A stretch of 64,000 nucleotides of DNA from Desulfosudaceae bacterium. Its GTDB lineage: Bacteria; Desulfobacterota; Desulfobacteria; Desulfobacterales; Desulfosudaceae. The position numbers and the translations under genes are program-made. The DNA is taken from the NCBI GenBank assembly GCA_963674745.2, contig CAXXDV010000001.1, forward strand, positions 128,001 to 192,000. The letters are read 5' to 3'. Below are positions 60,242 to 64,000 of the stretch, piece after piece (the stretch's first letter is position 1; every line of letters starts with the position of its first letter). The notes under the pieces were generated by a model that was not told the origin of the DNA, did not search any database, and was given only the letters and a program-made list of their open reading frames with translations.

Positions 60242-61015
60242 TTAAAACCTTCGAATCTTAATCAACCCCTCTTTAATCACATTCTTTACATTCTGCCCGA
60301 TAAACTCTTTTATCCACCGTGCCCCCAAAGCATTCCATCTCTGGGGATGAACCGTAATCATCATTTGATCCGGCAAAGCGCCCTGCTTGGCCAGGTCCAT
60401 AATGTGGAAGGTGTTTCGAACCCCAATGTCAAACCCGGAATTTACCCTGTCACGTATGCTGGCGCCTATATTATTCCATTTTCGTCCCGTATCCGTTAGG
60501 TAAAACACTTTTGTATAATCAACATCCAGGTATGGCTCACCAATAATACCGAGTTCGCTGTAATCATACTTTTTCCATAAATCAAGATTGTTCATCCGTG
60601 ACAGCGGGCTACCGTGCATGCAGATAGTGGTCACAGGCGTTAGCTCCCGCAGCTTTACCAAGTTGGCCTGAAAATCAGCCCAAGCTCGGTCGAGATCGCC
60701 ATTGCAAACAGACAAATTCTCATAATGATAACCGATTTCGTGGCCCAGGCCAGCGATCTTCTGGATTACGGCCGGATCCCAACTTTCCGTAACGGCTCGG
60801 AAATAATAGGATGCCGGTATGCCCAAGTCATGCTCCAGCCGAGCGATTTTCAAAGCATTGCCAGGCACCCTATCCACGTCATGGCGCAGGATAATGACCT
60901 GATTTGCCGCAGTTCGCATATAATCTGTAAAAGATTGGAATGTAAAACCCTGTGCAATCAGAGTTAAGAGGAGACGATTAAAAGTATTAAGCGTAAAATC
61001 CATCTCATAAATCAT
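60242..61015 (-). CDS. Polysaccharide-deacetylase-like protein
   Basis: [23 protein letters not shown]. Confidence 0.65.
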   Translation of the reverse strand: MIYEMDFTLNTFNRLLLTLIAQGFTFQSFTDYMRTAANQVIILRHDVDRVPGNALKIARLEHDLGIPASYYFRAVTESWDPAVIQKIAGLGHEIGYHYENLSVCNGDLDRAWADFQANLVKLRELTPVTTICMHGSPLSRMNNLDLWKKYDYSELGIIGEPYLDVDYTKVFYLTDTGRKWNNIGASIRDRVNSGFDIGVRNTFHIMDLAKQGALPDQMMITVHPQRWNALGARWIKEFIGQNVKNVIKEGLIKIRRF

Positions 61016-61505
61016 CCCTACTCCCTATAATCTTTGCTGGCACTCCGGCAACAATCGAATATGCACGAACATTTTTTGTAACAACCGCACCAGCCCCAAC
61101 AACCGCACCTTCCGCTATATTAACACCTTTAAGAACAGTTACGTTTGCCCCTATCCATACATCATCACCTATGATAATCTTTTCATATTTGTGTGGTTGC
61201 TCATTTATTTTTTTCCCTACGTCCATACCATGATCTCTACCCCAAAAGACCGTCTGAGGTCCAATCAGCACATTATCACCAATGACAATTTCTCCAAGAA
61301 AATGACAACCAGCGTTCATATAAAAATCATGGCCAATTTCTATTATTGGATGGCCAATCATGCGGCACCGATCCTCAATAGTAGCTCTTCCTTTAAAAGT
61401 AACTCTATTGATATAGCACTGATTACCAATCTTCACATCCTTGGACAAGGCCATGATTCTGTATAACATCATGTAAAATGGCCCGAAAAATGACTTAATG
61501 ATCAT
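61005..61505 (-). CDS. Hexapeptide-repeat O-acyltransferase
   Basis: [33 protein letters not shown]...GVPAK. Confidence 0.88.
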   Translation of the reverse strand: MIIKSFFGPFYMMLYRIMALSKDVKIGNQCYINRVTFKGRATIEDRCRMIGHPIIEIGHDFYMNAGCHFLGEIVIGDNVLIGPQTVFWGRDHGMDVGKKINEQPHKYEKIIIGDDVWIGANVTVLKGVNIAEGAVVGAGAVVTKNVRAYSIVAGVPAKIIGSRDDL

Positions 61506-62667
61506 ATAATTCTCGTTTTTTCCTACGTTTGTATTTCTTAATAATGTTTATAAAGCTAAATAAAAATGGCAACGGATCTTTGCGATCCCATAAGGCTAGT
61601 ACTGTTTTATCACACTGAAATAAATTTTTTTTAAAAATTCGGAAATACTCTTTTCTGGTTAATAAATTTATTAACTCATAAGTTAAAAATACGTAATGAG
61701 TTTCCGTAGCCTGGTTTTGTTTTAATCGTGGGATTATTCCTTTTGTAGCATCAAGATACTGGATGTAATTCAAAGGAACGTTTGATAACGCCCCCACACG
61801 ATGCCACATCATGGGCCTTAAATTTATTTCCATCAGTTTAAATTGTCCATCGCGATAATCAAACTTATACTCCGGCTCATTGATACCCCACAAATCCATT
61901 CCATTTAACAATCTCCTGCTTTGTTCTATTAAGCGTTTTGGCGCTTGGTTAGAAGCACTGGAGAAAACGCCAAAGTCATCAGGGAACTGGGACAGTTTTT
62001 TACCTATCCATTCGCCTAATATCTCCCCTGTTTTTGCACGGTAACCTGTATAGGCAAAAATATTCGAACCGTCACCAGGGATAACTTCTGATGCAACATA
62101 TGTAATACCTGTGGACATAAAAAATTTTAATTGTTCAAGATGGTCTTCAATATCTTCTTTCTTGTTTAACAATAGCGTCCTAAATACACGACTACTTAAA
62201 TTATCTCTTTTGGTGGGTTTGATTAAAATAGGCAATGTGAGTGAAAAAATCTTCCCTAGATCTTTTTCTTTGTTGACCCCTGTAAAATTCGGACATGGAA
62301 TATTAAGTGCTTTGCAATACTGATACTGATTCAATTTGTCTTGAAATAGAACAGCATTTTGGGGATTAAATGCGGTAAAACAAAAATCCTTAATTAAAGG
62401 ATACAAGTCACATAAATGCTCTACAAAAATATCCTGATTCGGATAGAGTATCAACATCTCGAAACTTCGATAGATTTTTTTTAAAACCCTAAGAATGCTG
62501 TCTTTATCGTTTTCAATGATATAAAATTCATTAATTTTATTGCTATAAGCAGAAATATCCTTTGTTACATCCAGAACATAAATGTCCCTGACGTTATTTT
62601 CATACAATTCTTGTATGATTGAATAGCCATTAACATAGGACCCTAATATTATGTTTGCAATTTTGAT
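61495..62667 (-). CDS. ATP-grasp carboxylate-amine ligase-like protein
   Basis: [30 protein letters not shown]; the frame stays open to 62667 ([18 protein letters not shown]). Confidence 0.78.
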   Translation of the reverse strand: MKIANIILGSYVNGYSIIQELYENNVRDIYVLDVTKDISAYSNKINEFYIIENDKDSILRVLKKIYRSFEMLILYPNQDIFVEHLCDLYPLIKDFCFTAFNPQNAVLFQDKLNQYQYCKALNIPCPNFTGVNKEKDLGKIFSLTLPILIKPTKRDNLSSRVFRTLLLNKKEDIEDHLEQLKFFMSTGITYVASEVIPGDGSNIFAYTGYRAKTGEILGEWIGKKLSQFPDDFGVFSSASNQAPKRLIEQSRRLLNGMDLWGINEPEYKFDYRDGQFKLMEINLRPMMWHRVGALSNVPLNYIQYLDATKGIIPRLKQNQATETHYVFLTYELINLLTRKEYFRIFKKNLFQCDKTVLALWDRKDPLPFLFSFINIIKKYKRRKKRELYDH

Positions 62668-62681
62668 AAATAAAAACCTTT

Positions 62682-63842
62682 TTAGGAATGTTTCTTCAGG
62701 GCTTCACGTTCCGATTTTTTATTTAGAAAAAATTTTATTGTTCTTTCGATGCCCCACCGGATCCCATTCTGCCTAGTCAGAAAACAAAAAGCATAAGTAT
62801 ATCTGCAAATATTATTTACAATAATATTAATCTTTGACAACGTAAAATATAGCGGTCTTGGAAGCTTGAAAAAAAGGCTATAAAATTTAACCATCGATAA
62901 AACTAAATCTTTCTTATAGCCAAAAAATTCTTTAACAATTGGATCATTAGGCAGTTGATACATTGGGACATGCTCAACAGTTAAGGCATGTGTATCTATA
63001 ATGACCATCAGGGATAACCTGTTCTTCAAACGCCATTTTTTATAGGTCGGTTTTCCAACAAAGTGATAATCCTTTGTTGTCATTATCTTTCTTGGTACTA
63101 CATGCGGATAAGAAATATGGGTAGGCGGCTCAATATAAAAATTGGGGAAAAGAAAATTTCCAAGGCACATGTATGCCTTTTTTTGATTAAATTCAACTAT
63201 TCCCTGAATACGATGTGCATGCATTCCAACAATACAAAGAACCTTTTTATGAGCAAGTATTTTTTGAGCAAGCATAATCAATTCATAATCAGGCAGGGCT
63301 ACATGTTCTCGCCCCCAATGAAAATGCAGAATGGCTTTAGTGCCATCTGGCAGGCCATCGAGATCACAGATAATCTTTTCAAAGGATAATGGGTTAACAC
63401 CAGGGTTATCGATCGTTGCTGGTTGCACTTTTTTTAAATATGATTTCCCGAACTCACAGTAACCAAGTACACATGTTTTATTATCTATCCAAAAAGGGGT
63501 ACCTGCTTTCGCTGAATTCTCTCCAGCCCCAAAATATTGTATATTGTAATTTTTCAGCGATTGAAAAGTATCAAATATGCCAACATCACACTTATCCTGA
63601 ATATGATTGTTGGATAACGCCACCGTATCCAGTCTGAACAGTTTAGCAAACGCCAGGTTTATCGGAGAAGAAAATAAAGTGTATTTATTTTCCAATCTAC
63701 CGGAATATTCTGTAACAGGTTGTTCTAAATTGGCGATACGCATATCTGCGACATCGAAGGAGTAGGAATCAATAAAGTTGTGGCATTCGGCCCCAACGAT
63801 ATCGCCTCCTAAAAACAAATCTCCCGTAAAGCACACTTTCAT
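62682..63842 (-). CDS. CapA/PGA_cap-family metallophosphoesterase
   Basis: FTGD, NLE, SNNHIQD, HWGRE, GMHAH, LGNF. Confidence 0.82.
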   Translation of the reverse strand: MKVCFTGDLFLGGDIVGAECHNFIDSYSFDVADMRIANLEQPVTEYSGRLENKYTLFSSPINLAFAKLFRLDTVALSNNHIQDKCDVGIFDTFQSLKNYNIQYFGAGENSAKAGTPFWIDNKTCVLGYCEFGKSYLKKVQPATIDNPGVNPLSFEKIICDLDGLPDGTKAILHFHWGREHVALPDYELIMLAQKILAHKKVLCIVGMHAHRIQGIVEFNQKKAYMCLGNFLFPNFYIEPPTHISYPHVVPRKIMTTKDYHFVGKPTYKKWRLKNRLSLMVIIDTHALTVEHVPMYQLPNDPIVKEFFGYKKDLVLSMVKFYSLFFKLPRPLYFTLSKINIIVNNICRYTYAFCFLTRQNGIRWGIERTIKFFLNKKSEREALKKHS

Positions 63843-63855
63843 GAAATCTCGAGAT

Positions 63856-64000
63856 TCATATGTTAACTTTTAAAACTCTTTGATAAACAATATAATAATT
63901 TCTAGCGATTTTATCCCAGTTGTGTTCAGATAAAATCTTTCCATAAGCTCTCTCTGCCTTTTCTTTCATAAGGACATCATTCGCAATCGCCTGTTGTAAT
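63856..64000 (-). CDS. C-terminus of a probable GT4 glycosyltransferase (truncated by window edge)
   Basis: Manual translation ...KAERAYGKILSEHNWDKIARNYYIVYQRVLKVNI* fits the GT4 C-terminal W..ia..Y...Y helix. Confidence 0.6.
   Translation of the reverse strand, partial: LQQAIANDVLMKEKAERAYGKILSEHNWDKIARNYYIVYQRVLKVNI

Overview
The window looks like chromosomal DNA of a Desulfobacterota-type (sulfate-reducer-like) bacterium; this is inferred from gene content and repeat types only. From 1 to 23 kb it is mostly housekeeping: an RdgC-like pair, an orphan mglA, larE, glnS, coaBC, plsC, ispD, an HPr-domain protein, RNase P RNA, Nif3, tRNA-Ile2(CAT), rpoD-dnaG, hisA, hisB, tRNA-Ala(CGC) and a GGDEF protein. 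From 24 to 64 kb lies a minus-strand surface-polysaccharide locus: O-antigen-ligase/TPR, Wzc, Wza, a DUF11-fused outer-membrane barrel, a priming sugar transferase and AT-rich modification genes. Two accessory blocks interrupt that locus. (1) At 34-45 kb is a radical-SAM RiPP cluster resembling the SynChlorMet cassette. It has two rSAM/SPASM enzymes, three PqqD/RRE domains, a P-loop kinase-like protein, an S26 peptidase, an ABC exporter, a nucleotidyltransferase and an 88-aa precursor with six CxxGxx(A/P)-type repeats. It is itself split by an array in which palindromic repeats alternate with full and internally deleted GIY-YIG nuclease genes. (2) At 47-59 kb is a dense toxin-antitoxin/ATPase island (2x AbiE, PIN/UPF0175, MazEF, RelBE-like, 4x AAA-DUF4143). 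Its modules are separated by 8-mer arrays, a recurrent CCTGCGAAGCAGG hairpin and nested direct repeats. All family assignments come from motif recognition by eye; no database search was run.
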